Origin: Macrostomum lignano | Lineage: Eukaryota | Direction: 5' to 3' | NCBI GenBank assembly: GCA_002269645.1 | Contig: NIVC01000273.1 | Span: 124,001 to 188,000 of the forward strand | Length of the DNA stretch: 64,000 bases | In this document: in pieces, positions 38,386 through 49,350 of the stretch | How positions within the stretch are numbered: the first letter of the stretch is position 1 | Layout: the number at the start of each line of letters is the position of its first letter | Position numbers and translations under genes: made by a program | The notes under the pieces: generated by a model | Databases searched by the model: none | What the model was told of the DNA's origin: nothing | Seen by the model: the letters and a program-made list of their open reading frames with translations, nothing else

Positions 38386-39720
38386 CTAGGATGGAAAATC
38401 TAGCAGAATCTCCCTGTGCTTGGTGACTTCAATCAGTGAGTCATACAGGCACATAACAATCAGAGATACAAGCTCCTCCAGGGCCTGTCGGAAGCGAATC
38501 TCCAGCCGCAAATTTCCCTCCTTCTGTCCGTACCACAGGGCCGCTCCCTCGGGCGTGAGATCGAATGTGAAAGCTGTGTTGCCGTTGGAGAACAACTGGT
38601 AGGGGACCCACGGAACCGAGTTGCTAGGGCTGGCTGACTGACAGCTTTTCAGGTAGTGCAAGTACTCTCTCACGAATGAATTATTCTCAGGTGCAAATGC
38701 AGCGTGGCACATGGCTTCACCACATTTCTTTAGTGCTAGCTGGCTGAGGTTGAAGCTCTGGAACTCGAAGGGGCTGGAATGGTGATGGCCATTGAAGGCT
38801 CGGTGGTTCACGAAGACCAGCATAACGAACTTCGGCAGTTTGCCATGGGTGAATCATTCAATGTTTTTTGACTGAATTCCCTGGGGTAGAATGAAGTTTT
38901 GCATTTCGGTTCGCTCGATGGGGTAAAGTGCGTTCTGATTGGTCAGTCCCTGCTCATGCGCCAGGCTGATGTGAGGCGCCACTTTGACTCGGCGCAGGTT
39001 CAGAATGCAGTGGGAGATTTCCATTCGGTAGGCTGTGTTGTTCTCATCTGGGGTTCGGATGGCAAATGCAGCATCACTGGGCATCAGCTTGATGTGCAGG
39101 TGTAAATTGTTCAGCAGCAGAACAGGACACTGGAAGATGTCGCTGAGCAGCGGTCCCGCATACTCCACCCAGCGGGACTCCCTGTGTCTCTCGACATGCC
39201 CCTCAGCAGCAGTTTCGGGTTCCAGGAATCCGGCGGGGTAGAACTTTAACTGCTGAGCATCGGATGAGCCCATGAGAGCTTTTAGGTAGGCATGGTAGGG
39301 GTAGAGCTGGTCTCCACCTGATACAACGCGCTGGTTGATGCTCACGATTACATCTGAGAATGCCGTAGACAGGACAAAGTTTTCTGGATGCACCCCACTG
39401 TCTCTGCGCTCAGTGACAACTCCATCGGCATTCCGAACCTCCTCCCTCATCAAAGCCCCGCCAAGCCGGACTAGGCGACAGCGAATATACAGGAATGAGC
39501 TCAGCAGATCAGTGTACTCATCAGCCGATGGATGGCAGTCGAATTCAATAGGTGAGTTAGTAGTAATAGAGTTCACGGGGTGAATATCAACATACGTGGA
39601 TTTTTCAATAGCAGTCTGCAGCACGGGGGACTTGAACAAATCGAGTCTCGGGTTGAATCCGTAAGCCATTGCTATGAGAGTGAGTCCAGAACACGCTTCA
39701 GTGTTCTGGACTTTGCCCAC
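38386..39720 (-). pseudogene. Major capsid protein (M2), frameshift near 38850; probable start MAYGF at ~39672
   Basis: LDLF..P..QTAIEKS.YVDIHP...PIEF, YPYHAYL, LHLHIKL, YPIERT, PFEFQ.FNL, TAFTFDLTP, GNLRLEIRF. Confidence 0.9.
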
Positions 39721-39950
39721 TTTTTGGTTTCTTTTGCCTGTTTTCTTGGTCTGTGTTTTAGTCGTTCTTTTCTTAGGTTGCTTGCTTGTTCTGACCTTGC
39801 TTGTTCTGACCTTGCTTGTTCTGACCTTGCTTGTTCTGACCTTGCTTGTTCTGACCTTGCTTGTTCTGACCTTGCTTGTTCTGACCTTGCTTGTTTTGCG
39901 TGCTTCGCCACTTTTTTCTTCTTATTCATGCGCACCTGCTTCTTATTCAC
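39672..39950 (-). CDS. Small highly basic protein with a 15-bp (ARSEQ) repeat; core/DNA-condensing protein candidate
   Basis: ATG-initiated Lys/Arg-rich 92-aa ORF immediately upstream of the MCP; function is inference. Confidence 0.45.
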   Translation of the reverse strand: MNKKQVRMNKKKKVAKHAKQARSEQARSEQARSEQARSEQARSEQARSEQARSEQASNLRKERLKHRPRKQAKETKKWAKSRTLKRVLDSLS

Positions 39951-39964
39951 CTTTTTAGCCTGTC

Positions 39965-40063
39965 AGTAGTAGTGTCATATAAGGGGTTGCGCCACACTTA
40001 TTGCTCGGGCGCATTTGGCGCCAGCTCGCTGGATGACTCAACCCCTTATATGACACTACTACT
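39965..40063. mobile_element. 99-bp element bounded by perfect 25-bp inverted repeats starting AGTAGTAGT (Maverick-type termini)
   Basis: AGTAGTAGTGTCATATAAGGGGTTG (39965-39989) and CAACCCCTTATATGACACTACTACT (40039-40063); no TSD. Confidence 0.6.
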
Positions 40064-40118
40064 ACCAGGAGGTTATGGGTTCAAGTGGTGTGGGATATAT
40101 AAATATATATATATCTGT

Positions 40119-40244
40119 GAGTGAGGGTGTTGAGGGTGAGGGCATGTGGGTGCATTGGCATGTGGAATATTTCACAGACCACAGAATTTCCGGAATTTTT
40201 ATACTTTTAAAAAGGGGGGTGCCCTCGCCCTCATGCCCTCACTC
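40119..40244. repeat. Imperfect ~25-bp inverted repeat
   Basis: GAGTGAGGGTGTTGAGGGTGAGGGCA versus TGCCCTCGCCCTCATGCCCTCACTC. Confidence 0.5.
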
Positions 40245-40565
40245 ATTTTGAAAATCACTAAAAATAAGTGAAAAATGACTAAAAACAGGCGAAAATGGTC
40301 TGAAAACAGCGATTTTTTGTGATTTTCAAAAATTTTGAAAAAGTGCAATTTTCACGATTTCGTGAGTAAAACCATTAGAAAAGTTGGATTCACGGGTCAA
40401 TTCAATGCAATTTCAGGTATAAACAATTTGAAAGTGTCATCCATTCCAAGGATAGTAAATTTTATATATATAAAATGGCCTTCAGTAAACCATTATTTCT
40501 AGGTTCTGCATTGGATATTCAGTCAGCTATAACCTCTTCCGAACTGAAGAGGATTTTATTCATCT

Positions 40566-42841
40566 CCGTTCCGGTTGGATGGTAAGCAGCGCTTACCATA
40601 GACTATTCCTTTCAGCAGAATGGTTTGCTAAGTCTGTGGTCATTCCAGTCTGATAAAAAGACATGAATAAGGCCCAAAACTAAGTCTCCATAAACTAACA
40701 TAGAAAGTTTTACAGCTGAAGATTATGGCTGCACTCATGGAAGAATTTGAAAGTTTTTCCGATTCGGAATTAATGACGTCCGATGAAGAAGAAGACATCA
40801 TGTCAGAGGACGATTATGGTGAGTCGGACGGCCAGAGCACTGCCGAAGAGACGGAAGAGCTGTCTTGGCATTCTGTAGTTGCTGGGCATGACGTGCAAGC
40901 GAATGTGCACGAGTTTCTAGGGACACCTGGACTGAATCCAGGAATTTGCGTACCTGGTGATGTTGAGCAGGCAACGTCCTTTTTTCTCGGTCTTTTTTTG
41001 TCCAATAGTCTTTTCGAAGACCTGGCAAAATGGACTAATCGAAGAGCCTGGGCGGCGATCCACTCTGTCAATGTCAACGACCTGCCTCGGAGTTTTGCGC
41101 AATGGAGAGATTGCAGTGCGAATGAAGTAAAGAAAATGTTAGGAATGTGCCTTTACATGGGTTCCAATAAAAAGGCGGAAATGAACGAGTACTGGAGCAC
41201 AGACAGTTACTACAGTACGCCGTACTTTCAAGCACCTCAAGCTCTCTCTAGGGACCGCTTCAAGCAGCTACTTGGTCTGCTCCGTTTCTACGATTGCGCT
41301 GAGGATCCGATTGTCAACGATCCTCTCTTTAAGATCCGTCCGTTGCTGCAGGCTTTGAAAGAGGCTTGTATTAATGTGTACAGGCCCGAGGAGGATGTGA
41401 GCGTGGATGAGTCTTTGGTGCTGTACAAAGGTCGCCTGCGCTTTAAGCAATATATTCCAACGAAGCGGGCTAAGTACGGAATAAAGCTATATTGTGCATG
41501 TGAGGCCAAATCAGGCTACCTGTACAACTTCCGCGTTCACTCGACCCCAGAGGAGAACCGCCGGTTCGATGAACAGTTGCAGGGAGACAATCTGTCCTTC
41601 AGCGAGAAGATTGTTGTTGAGCTCTGCTACAACTTGTTGCACCAAGGCTACCGCATCTTTGTCGATAAATGGTTCGGTTCCTATCGGCTGTCAGAGTACC
41701 TGCTGACTCAAGGAACGCACCTGACTTGTACCGTCCGGGCCGACCGAGGTGTGCCGATTGAGCTCAGACAGCTGCACGTTCCACCTAACGACGTCGCCTT
41801 CATGCGCAAAGACGGGGTGCTGGCTGTCAAGATCGTTGAACGAAAGGAGAGTGGCCTGAAGACTCTGTATTTGCTGGACACGAAAGAGGCGGCTGAGAGG
41901 GTTCAAACCAGACGCGTGGTTCGTGGAGGAGCAGAAACAGTGGTGCAGAAGAGCAGGTCAGTTCTCACCTACAATCGGTGCATGGGTGGTGTTGACAGAA
42001 TGGACAGTCATCTACAGCCTCATCTGCCAGGGAGGAAAACTACAAAGTGGTTTTTGAAGCTCGGCTTGCATCTTTTTCTTCAAATGATTCGCAACGCTTG
42101 GATTGTGCACAGCCGGTGCGGTGGAGAGAAGACGTTCGCCAAGTTTCTTGAGGCCAGCATTCGGGAGCTGGTGGAGCGTACCGGAACGAGCAGGAAGCGC
42201 CCGGCCGCTGGCATCCAGGCCGCTCCAGGTGGCCCAGTCAGTCCGCATTTTCCAACGAAGATTGTGGCGCGGGACAGTCAGCCAAGACCAACAAAGCGCT
42301 GTCGTGTCTGCTACAGAGCTGGAAGCAGCAAGCGCACGATCTACTGCTGCCCTGAGTGTCCAGGGGAACCGGGGCTCTGCTTGGAAGCCTGCTTTCAGCA
42401 GTGGCATGCCTGATCTTCGACTGCGATTTGGACTAAGTCTGCCTTAATGAATCTATTTGAAGGCAACTGTTCACTCGAACTTAGTCAAAATATAATGCAA
42501 GTCAGTATATTTTAATTTAGTTTGTATGTTTACTGAGTTATTATGTTTATTTAAAGTTTAAAGTTGTCTAACACATATCACAATGTTCTTTCTTGCGTTT
42601 TGGAGTACTTTTGCATCTAAATGTACGATCTGTACGATCTGCTTACTTTTGTTTTACTTTGTTAAAATATTTTTCGTATGATTTTTTCTTCAGTCGAGTT
42701 GTTTCCAGACCGTGAATAATCTGTAGCAGATTTCAACCAACTGCGGTATAAAAGGCAAATGACAAATTTTTTATTTGGAAGGATAAAAGTAAAGCTAGTT
42801 CCTTTTTGAATAAATATTTGTCCATGACCCCTAATGGCTGA

Positions 42842-42876
<35 letters not shown>

Positions 42877-43062
42877 GTTTTGAAGAGCTGCTCAATCTGA
42901 TTTTCCTAACTTCAATTCTATGGCAAGCTCTGCTTACCATAGCCAACCGGAACGGCCTGTGGCCAGCCAAAGACTTATAGAGACTTTCCTCACTCGCGAA
43001 AGTTTAGGTTTGGATTGGAGTGTCAGCGTGGTAAGCACTGCTTACCATCAGACTGCTGGCGG
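40566..43062 (+). mobile_element. piggyBac-family transposon (left boundary uncertain)
   Basis: Transposase ORF; inverted repeats at 40566-40588 and 42931-42955; palindrome GGTAAGCA..GCTTACC at 40581-40597 and 43030-43046; element sequence ends ...GCGG before ATAA, where Maverick PLA2 coding sequence begins. Confidence 0.75.
40725..42413 (+). CDS. piggyBac transposase (PGBD4-like), 562 aa, intact
   Basis: SVDES, FKQYIPTKRAKYGIK, FVDKWF, YNRCMGGVDRMD and a C-terminal CRVC...CPEC...LC...CF...H domain. Confidence 0.95.
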   Translation: MAALMEEFESFSDSELMTSDEEEDIMSEDDYGESDGQSTAEETEELSWHSVVAGHDVQANVHEFLGTPGLNPGICVPGDVEQATSFFLGLFLSNSLFEDLAKWTNRRAWAAIHSVNVNDLPRSFAQWRDCSANEVKKMLGMCLYMGSNKKAEMNEYWSTDSYYSTPYFQAPQALSRDRFKQLLGLLRFYDCAEDPIVNDPLFKIRPLLQALKEACINVYRPEEDVSVDESLVLYKGRLRFKQYIPTKRAKYGIKLYCACEAKSGYLYNFRVHSTPEENRRFDEQLQGDNLSFSEKIVVELCYNLLHQGYRIFVDKWFGSYRLSEYLLTQGTHLTCTVRADRGVPIELRQLHVPPNDVAFMRKDGVLAVKIVERKESGLKTLYLLDTKEAAERVQTRRVVRGGAETVVQKSRSVLTYNRCMGGVDRMDSHLQPHLPGRKTTKWFLKLGLHLFLQMIRNAWIVHSRCGGEKTFAKFLEASIRELVERTGTSRKRPAAGIQAAPGGPVSPHFPTKIVARDSQPRPTKRCRVCYRAGSSKRTIYCCPECPGEPGLCLEACFQQWHA

Positions 43063-44340
43063 ATAACAAAACTACCACCCATCTTCGCCACTGGAAAATA
43101 TCCTGGCGAATTTCATATTCCAGGGTATTCTTTCACTGGCCCAGGTACAAATTTAGACAAGAGACTCAATCCAATTACAGACCGGCCTCGGTATGACAGT
43201 CTACCAATTAACCCAATCGATTGGACTGCTTACTATCATGACAAAAATTATAGAGATGCTGAAAACACTTCTTCAAATCCAGAGGAAGCTCTAGCAAAGA
43301 AGCATATAGCTGATGAAAAAATGATAGCTGATTTAGATGCTATTCCAACCAGTGACTTGTCTGTGAAAGAGAGACTCATTCGAAATCTAGTAAAGCGTAT
43401 TATCAAGGCTAAAGTTCGGTTTGGACTAGGCATTCATACTCACAACCCCAACAATTGTATAGACTGTCTAACAATTTATGGTAAGGGTCTTAGCTATGAA
43501 GATGCAGTAAAATTGCATAAAGAATATCGAAAGCCAAGAGTATTTAGAAAAATGATTCACTATGCAAAAGACACAATTTGGCATGCAGATATCATTATCC
43601 TTCCTCCTGAAAGAGGTTACAAATATGCACTCACTATCATAGATGGTTTTACACGTTACGCCTGGGCAGTACCTTTGAAAACAAAGACGGGAGCGGAAGT
43701 TGCAGAAGCTTTCTAAAAAGTATTTAAGGAATCAGGAAGACGATCAGAGAGACTTTGTGTAGATGAAGGCAAGGAGTTTTATAATCAGCATATGTACAAG
43801 CTATACTCGTTTTCAAAAGACAACATTAGAAAGAAGGATGAAAGGGGTGAATATATTAACAAGATGTTTTCAATTTATGGCGAGTCCAAGAATGCAATGA
43901 TTGAGAGGTTCAATCGTACTCCCACAAATAAACTCTGGTTTGAATTCGATCTACAGGGTAATCAGAAGTGGCTCCACACATTGCCAGCTATTGTTGAAAA
44001 ATACAACAACACAATCCATTCTGAGATTCTGATAACTCCTTCAGAAGCATCTAAACATCCTGAGCGAGTACCAAAGCCTTCCTTCGAGTATTCAAATGAG
44101 AAACCAAACTTCAAAGTAGGTGACAAAGTTCATATCTATAGATATAAGGAGCACTTTGAAAAGGGTCGAAAAGGTTATTGGAAAATTTCAGAATTGTTTA
44201 GGATAAAGAAAATAGTTTATTCAAATCCCATAACCTACATTATTGAGGATGAGAATGGAGAAGAAATTATTGGATCATTTTACAAATCCCAGCTTTTACC
44301 AGCAAATTTTTCAACTAAAAATGAGCGCCTATCGAACAAA
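43063..44340 (+). pseudogene. PLA2-integrase fusion gene (M3), N-terminus cut off by the piggyBac, single in-frame TAA at 43714-43716
   Basis: PLA2: PGYSFTGPGT...AYYHDKNY...ADEKM. Integrase: WHAD, IIDGFTR, VDEGKEF, IERFNRT, FKVGDKV. ORFs 43015 and 43792 are in the same frame. Confidence 0.9.
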
Positions 44341-44743
44341 CTGCAAACGGGCGAAAGGTCAGATTGAAACGTCTGATTCACAACTACTAGCTGATAAAGA
44401 GGGTGAAGGAATTGGTGATATGATCAGTGGTGTCACAAACTTTTTATCAAATCATGGAAGTAAAATCGTGAGTGGAGCTGATGCAATAGGTAAAACAGCT
44501 ACCACAGCGAAAAACATATTTGATGCGAAGAAATCATACAGTGACATGTCTAAAGCAGGTGAGGAACTGGAATATATTAAAAAGAAACGTAGAGAAAAAG
44601 AAGCAAAGAAAAGAATGGAAGAAGAGCAACAGATAGCTTCACAATCAAACAAGACCATTCAAGATATTGTTAAAAAGGCTCTAGGAACAGCAGAACAGTC
44701 TCAAGTGTCTTTGAGACAAGGTAATGGTTTGAAGAAATTCTGA
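44322..44743 (+). CDS. Small Maverick protein with a GxG motif followed by an amphipathic helix and a charged coiled coil
   Basis: EGEG-IGDMISGVTNFL...; similar layout to 62079-62440. Confidence 0.55.
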
Positions 44744-44751
44744 CCTTAAAA

Positions 44752-45204
44752 ATGAGCGAGAAAAACACTGAAGCAAGACTCAATCGGTATGTTCGAGAGG
44801 GAAAACCAAGATATGTTACTGTAAATAAGCAAAAGCAATATCTTTCTAAAGAGAAGATTCGAGAATTGCAAGAGAAACAGAAAGAACATGAAGGTGGAAT
44901 AATTCCTCTATTAGGCTTACTACCAGCAATTTTGGGTGGTATCGGAGCAGCTTCCGGAGTTGGTACAATGATTGCAAAATGTGTTAATACAGCCAACAAT
45001 GCTAAGCATAATAAGACAATAGAAAGCATTGAACGACAAAAACTAGAAGAGTTGAAAAAGGCTCAAGGGAGTGGAGTATTAGTTGATGCGGCTAAAAGAG
45101 TCGAACAAGTACCCAGAGAAGCAGTCAAGTGGCTGCTAAAGACGTTTAAAGTTGAAAAGGAGAAACAAGGTAAAGGGATAATTCTTAGACCTCACGAAGC
45201 TTAG
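44752..45204 (+). CDS. Maverick amphipathic (membrane-lytic-like) core protein, 150 aa
   Basis: EGG-IIPLLGLLPAILGGIGAASGV; homologous to 55375-55821. Confidence 0.65.
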   Translation: MSEKNTEARLNRYVREGKPRYVTVNKQKQYLSKEKIRELQEKQKEHEGGIIPLLGLLPAILGGIGAASGVGTMIAKCVNTANNAKHNKTIESIERQKLEELKKAQGSGVLVDAAKRVEQVPREAVKWLLKTFKVEKEKQGKGIILRPHEA

Positions 45205-45224
45205 TTGAAATTTCTTGTATAAAA

Positions 45225-46589
45225 ATGGAGAACAAAAAGGATATACTGAACCTATATGAGGACAAAACTTTTAGCTTTTTCAAAAAGAAAGAAGACTATA
45301 TTAAGATTTCTCCAACACCAGGTAGCACTAATAATCTCAATGTTGCTGGAGGTCAAATAGTTCATGAAGTCAATTCAACAGAGGCATACATTCTCATGTC
45401 AGAGGCATTCGGTTTTATAAGATACTCGATAACACAGCGAGATAACACAGACTTGAATACGAACATTACTCTAGAACATAATTGGCCTATGCGTCTGTTT
45501 TCTCAACTTATTGTGGACATAGGAGGATCAAAGAAAATCTATAATGAACCTGGAGAGTATGACACAATCTTAAAATCCGTAATGTACTCAAAATTGATGA
45601 ATGAAGTTGGAGAAGCATACGGTTGGATTCCAGACACTGGAGATGCTGGGACTGTTTCTGATATACCTCTAGCAAACAACGCAGATGCTGAAGCTGTGAG
45701 AACTGCAGCAATCGCTATGAAAAATAGACTTAATAAGAAGGATTCGAATACTGGATACATTAGGAGGCTTGAAAATTATAATAATGTCACTAATGCTCCA
45801 AACAGAGGTGGAACAATCAAACTATCATTAACACCCCTCATTGGGTTCCTTGATTGGCAGAAGATTAGCAAAGGAATTAAATATAAATTCACATGGAAAA
45901 GAAAGACTAACGATGCTGAAATTTTCTTTGGAGCTGCCGGGACGGAAGCTAAGTTAACTATTAATAGCTTTGAGATTTGGATCCCTGCTATTACTTTGTC
46001 ACCCAGTGCTGAAGCAGCTTTTCTAAAATCACTCAACAAGGACATTATAGTATCATTTTCAGAGAGGGTAACGATTCCGCCACAACTCATTCAAGGAAGC
46101 CCATATACATGGAACATAACCAGCGTCTCCAATATGCCACTTGCAATCTTTGTAGCCTTCAAATATGACGTAAACAATCCATCATATATAGTTAATGATC
46201 ACAAGTATGTATCTTACAAGACTGGAGCAAATGCAGTAAAAATAACCCAGCTTCAAGTCAGATTAAATCAGGTGATGTATCCAACTGATTATGTTGATAT
46301 TGATCCAGTAGCTCAAGACATTCATAAAGCGTATGAAATGTACGAGGACATCTGCAGCCATTTCGGTGTAACTCCACCATTCAATAAACAAGACTTTCTA
46401 ACCATCTATCCAATATTCTGCTTTGATCTAACAGCTCAGGATGAGTTTCTTGTCAAGAATGGAGTGAATATTCAATTATTTATCAAGAAGTCAACTAATG
46501 TTGAGCTGACTGCTTTTGCACTAATTCTTGAACAAACAAAGAATGTAATCCAAGTTATCAGTGAGTATCAAATGGGCCGCGTCGAATAA
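45225..46589 (+). CDS. Major capsid protein (M3), 454 aa, intact
   Basis: LFSQL, LSLTPLIGF, FEIWIPAI, P.AIFVAF, LNQVMYP, YPIFCFDLT; followed by ATPase, penton and protease. Confidence 0.9.
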   Translation: MENKKDILNLYEDKTFSFFKKKEDYIKISPTPGSTNNLNVAGGQIVHEVNSTEAYILMSEAFGFIRYSITQRDNTDLNTNITLEHNWPMRLFSQLIVDIGGSKKIYNEPGEYDTILKSVMYSKLMNEVGEAYGWIPDTGDAGTVSDIPLANNADAEAVRTAAIAMKNRLNKKDSNTGYIRRLENYNNVTNAPNRGGTIKLSLTPLIGFLDWQKISKGIKYKFTWKRKTNDAEIFFGAAGTEAKLTINSFEIWIPAITLSPSAEAAFLKSLNKDIIVSFSERVTIPPQLIQGSPYTWNITSVSNMPLAIFVAFKYDVNNPSYIVNDHKYVSYKTGANAVKITQLQVRLNQVMYPTDYVDIDPVAQDIHKAYEMYEDICSHFGVTPPFNKQDFLTIYPIFCFDLTAQDEFLVKNGVNIQLFIKKSTNVELTAFALILEQTKNVIQVISEYQMGRVE

Positions 46590-46611
46590 GGTCATTTTTT
46601 TCTTTTTTTAA

Positions 46612-47385
46612 ATGCCCAAAGTAAAATTTCAGCATGATCCTATTTTCCCTAATCCTCTTTTATGTTGTATTATCGGCGCTACAAATACGGGTAAAACATA
46701 TTTACTATTCCATATTCTTACAAGTCCTGAAAAACTAGTTGACTTTAATGAGTTAGTTTTATATGTTCCCAGAGCATCTCAAATGGATCCAGAGTATCAG
46801 TTTCTAAAGCATGGCTTTGAAAATGGTCTCCCACCTTCTCTTATCAACTCACTCTATCATGTCTACCAGGTGAGTGAGGATGCATCTCCTGAAGATATTA
46901 GACATATTTGTCGAGAGGCAGCCAACCCTGGTCGAGTGCAAAGCACATCAGAAAATTCAGAAGTAATAGAGAAAATTCCTGTCACTCTTTCCCATACTCC
47001 AAATGAAGAAATTTTTCATAATGGACTAAAGACATGTGTGATATTGGACGATGTTTTGGGAGAGGCTAATCAAACATTTCAGGAAAGTATGTTTCAGAGA
47101 GGCAGGCATGGAAACTGTTGTGGTTTTTATCTAGCTCAAAATTTTACCAAACTAGATCGCAATACTGTCAGGGAGAATACGACATGTTACATAATCTTTA
47201 AACAAAAAGATACAAACTTAAATCACATTGCTAGAAATATAGAAACGAATTATGAACCCGCTATATTCAAGGCTAAATGTAGAGAGGCTTGGAAAAAGAA
47301 GTATGGCTATATCTATATAAATACAAGAGCTGATGAGGATGAGCAAGATTTGTATAAGGATGTTCTAACCAAAATCCCATTGTAA
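46612..47385 (+). CDS. A32/FtsK-like packaging ATPase (M3), 257 aa
   Basis: GATNTGKT, VILDD, RGRHGNC...LAQ, VRENT...IFKQ. Confidence 0.92.
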   Translation: MPKVKFQHDPIFPNPLLCCIIGATNTGKTYLLFHILTSPEKLVDFNELVLYVPRASQMDPEYQFLKHGFENGLPPSLINSLYHVYQVSEDASPEDIRHICREAANPGRVQSTSENSEVIEKIPVTLSHTPNEEIFHNGLKTCVILDDVLGEANQTFQESMFQRGRHGNCCGFYLAQNFTKLDRNTVRENTTCYIIFKQKDTNLNHIARNIETNYEPAIFKAKCREAWKKKYGYIYINTRADEDEQDLYKDVLTKIPL

Positions 47386-47387
47386 AA

Positions 47388-48190
47388 ATGACTAATGAAT
47401 ATATAAGAGAACTCATTAATTTAGCAAAGCAGCGAGAAATGTACAAATCCAGAAATGATGCTCAACGCTATTTGAAAATTGGAGAAGAGAGTTTATATGC
47501 AAGAGTGGCTCCATTGGCTCAAAAACCTGTCACAGAAAATCTTGATGAATTTATTGATGTCAATGCCAATCTTGTTGATAAACTTCAGAATCAAAAAGTT
47601 CCAGTTCCGCAATCAAGCACACCAAAAGGCCGATTTGAACCCCTAGAAGTATTTGACAAAATAATTGAAGAAATTGGAAAGATTCCAATAACTCAAAGAC
47701 CAGCGCCTAGTATACGGATTCAAAAAACTGATGCTGGATATATGTTTGGATCATCTGTAATAGATGTTGAATTCCATGAACAAGGTCGGGACATCATTGT
47801 CAACGAATTCCGAATGCCATTTTCTGAAGATCTTGAAGAGTTGTTCAAAATGCCTAAAGTAACTGAAAATGGTGAAGAGCTGAAGCAATTCAAGATGCAA
47901 ACATTGCAGGATTATGTTAACCTCATTGAACACTGTAAAAATCCAGAAGCCAAATCAAGTGGGAATTATAAGAGCAGTAAGGATATTGAAAGATAATCCA
48001 CCAGGATATCGAGTAAAACCGGGATCTGGACTCAGTGAAAGAGTGTTGACATTACTAGCCGCAAAAGCAGAGGGGCATAACAATGTTGATAAAGAGCTAG
48101 CAGAATTACTTGCTTAAAAATGGAAAAAGAAATAGAAAAGTCAACATCCTCTTGAGTAAAAAGTTTCAACGCACATTTGACTTCTTTTCA
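47388..48190 (+). pseudogene. Conserved Maverick protein (PZ/'GasderminX'-like), frameshifted near 47990, stop near 48117
   Basis: C-terminal ERVLTLLAAKAEGHNNVDKELAELL matches RLAVLLGAAKTG...EFVNILDKML at ~62.6 kb. Confidence 0.55.
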
Positions 48191-48909
48191 ATTAAAAACC
48201 CATTTCGACAAACTCTAGGCACTCCGATAAATTTGTATGAAGATCGAGAATACGAAGCTGGTATAAAAAAGTTTGCAGTCTTTGATGCCATTAACAATAT
48301 TGAAGGAGGCAATAATGAGTTGCGATACTCGAGGGATAGTGGTAGAACATGGAAAAAGTTAAAGATTCAAGCAGGGTCATGGGAAGTTAAAAGTCTGTCA
48401 AGCGAGATTCAAATATTGCTAACAGCTGCAAATGATTGGAAAGAGGGAGCTATTGTCTTCAGTGCAAGCCTAGACACGCGTAGAGTTGAGTTACGGTTAG
48501 CCACAGAGTATCAAGTTGATTTCAGGGATGCACATTCCAATAATTTTAGAAGACTGTTGGGATTCAATTCGGAAGTGTATTTGAAACCATTTGAGAGAGC
48601 TCCAAATCCAGCTCGGATAGACGGAGCTAGAAGTGCGATCATGGTTCGTTGTCTAAATATCAAAGGGGGTTTATCACTGATCCAGCTAATGGAAATCATT
48701 TAATTGATAAGCAAATACTTCTTTCAATTCCATCGTTCTCTGTCCCAATGGGAAGTAAAATTATTCAAGAGCCCGCAAATCCTGTGTACCTACCACTAAC
48801 TACAAACATGTTGAGCACATTCGACTTTGTCATCGAAGATGAGTCTGGTGTTCTATACGACTTTGATGGCGAGGAAATATTTATAAATCTACACGTACGA
48901 CAAATATGA
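48110..48909 (+). pseudogene. Minor capsid protein (M3), frameshift near 48680
   Basis: INNIEGGNNELRYS...IQAGSWE...LLGF and ILLSIP...IQEPANPVYLP...DFDGEEIFINLH. Confidence 0.8.
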
Positions 48910-48918
48910 GTGTTAAAA

Positions 48919-49350
48919 ATGAGCGAAGCTGAGACATGGAACGTATTTAAACTAAAGTTTGGGACTGACACTACGACAAATATTGATCTGATAAATTGGG
49001 CAAAATATCTCAAGTTAAAACCATTTCGTTATGCCATGAGAGATGAAATTGTTGATTTACCACAGTATGGTTACTTTATGACAAATATTCACACTTCGAA
49101 AGAACGGGGTATACATCATTCAGCTATTTTTACAGCTCCTGATAAGGTTTATTTTTTTGATTCCTGTGCACTACCGCTCACACAGGAAATTATGAAAAAG
49201 TTTAATCACACAAAGAATAGAATATGTGGAGACATGGAAGAACAAATTCAAACTTTTGATAAGAAATTTTGTGGTCAAATGTCGCTGTACTTTTTACACC
49301 GAATCGATAAAGGAGATAGCTTTAATGAAATTTTGCAGCAATTAAAATGA
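48919..49350 (+). CDS. Adenain-type cysteine protease (M3)
   Basis: N...S...GIHH, YFFDS, QIQ...FCG. Confidence 0.85.
   Translation: MSEAETWNVFKLKFGTDTTTNIDLINWAKYLKLKPFRYAMRDEIVDLPQYGYFMTNIHTSKERGIHHSAIFTAPDKVYFFDSCALPLTQEIMKKFNHTKNRICGDMEEQIQTFDKKFCGQMSLYFLHRIDKGDSFNEILQQLK

Noticed and set aside
39959-40069. 6-bp TSD around the 99-bp element; CACTA-family identity
   Set aside because: The flanks differ (CCTGTC versus ACCAGG), and TAGTG/CACTA are in the wrong order for CACTA ends.
43015-43062. N-terminus MECQRGKHCLPSDCWR of the PLA2 ORF
   Set aside because: It lies in the piggyBac end sequence, so it is a chance in-frame extension.
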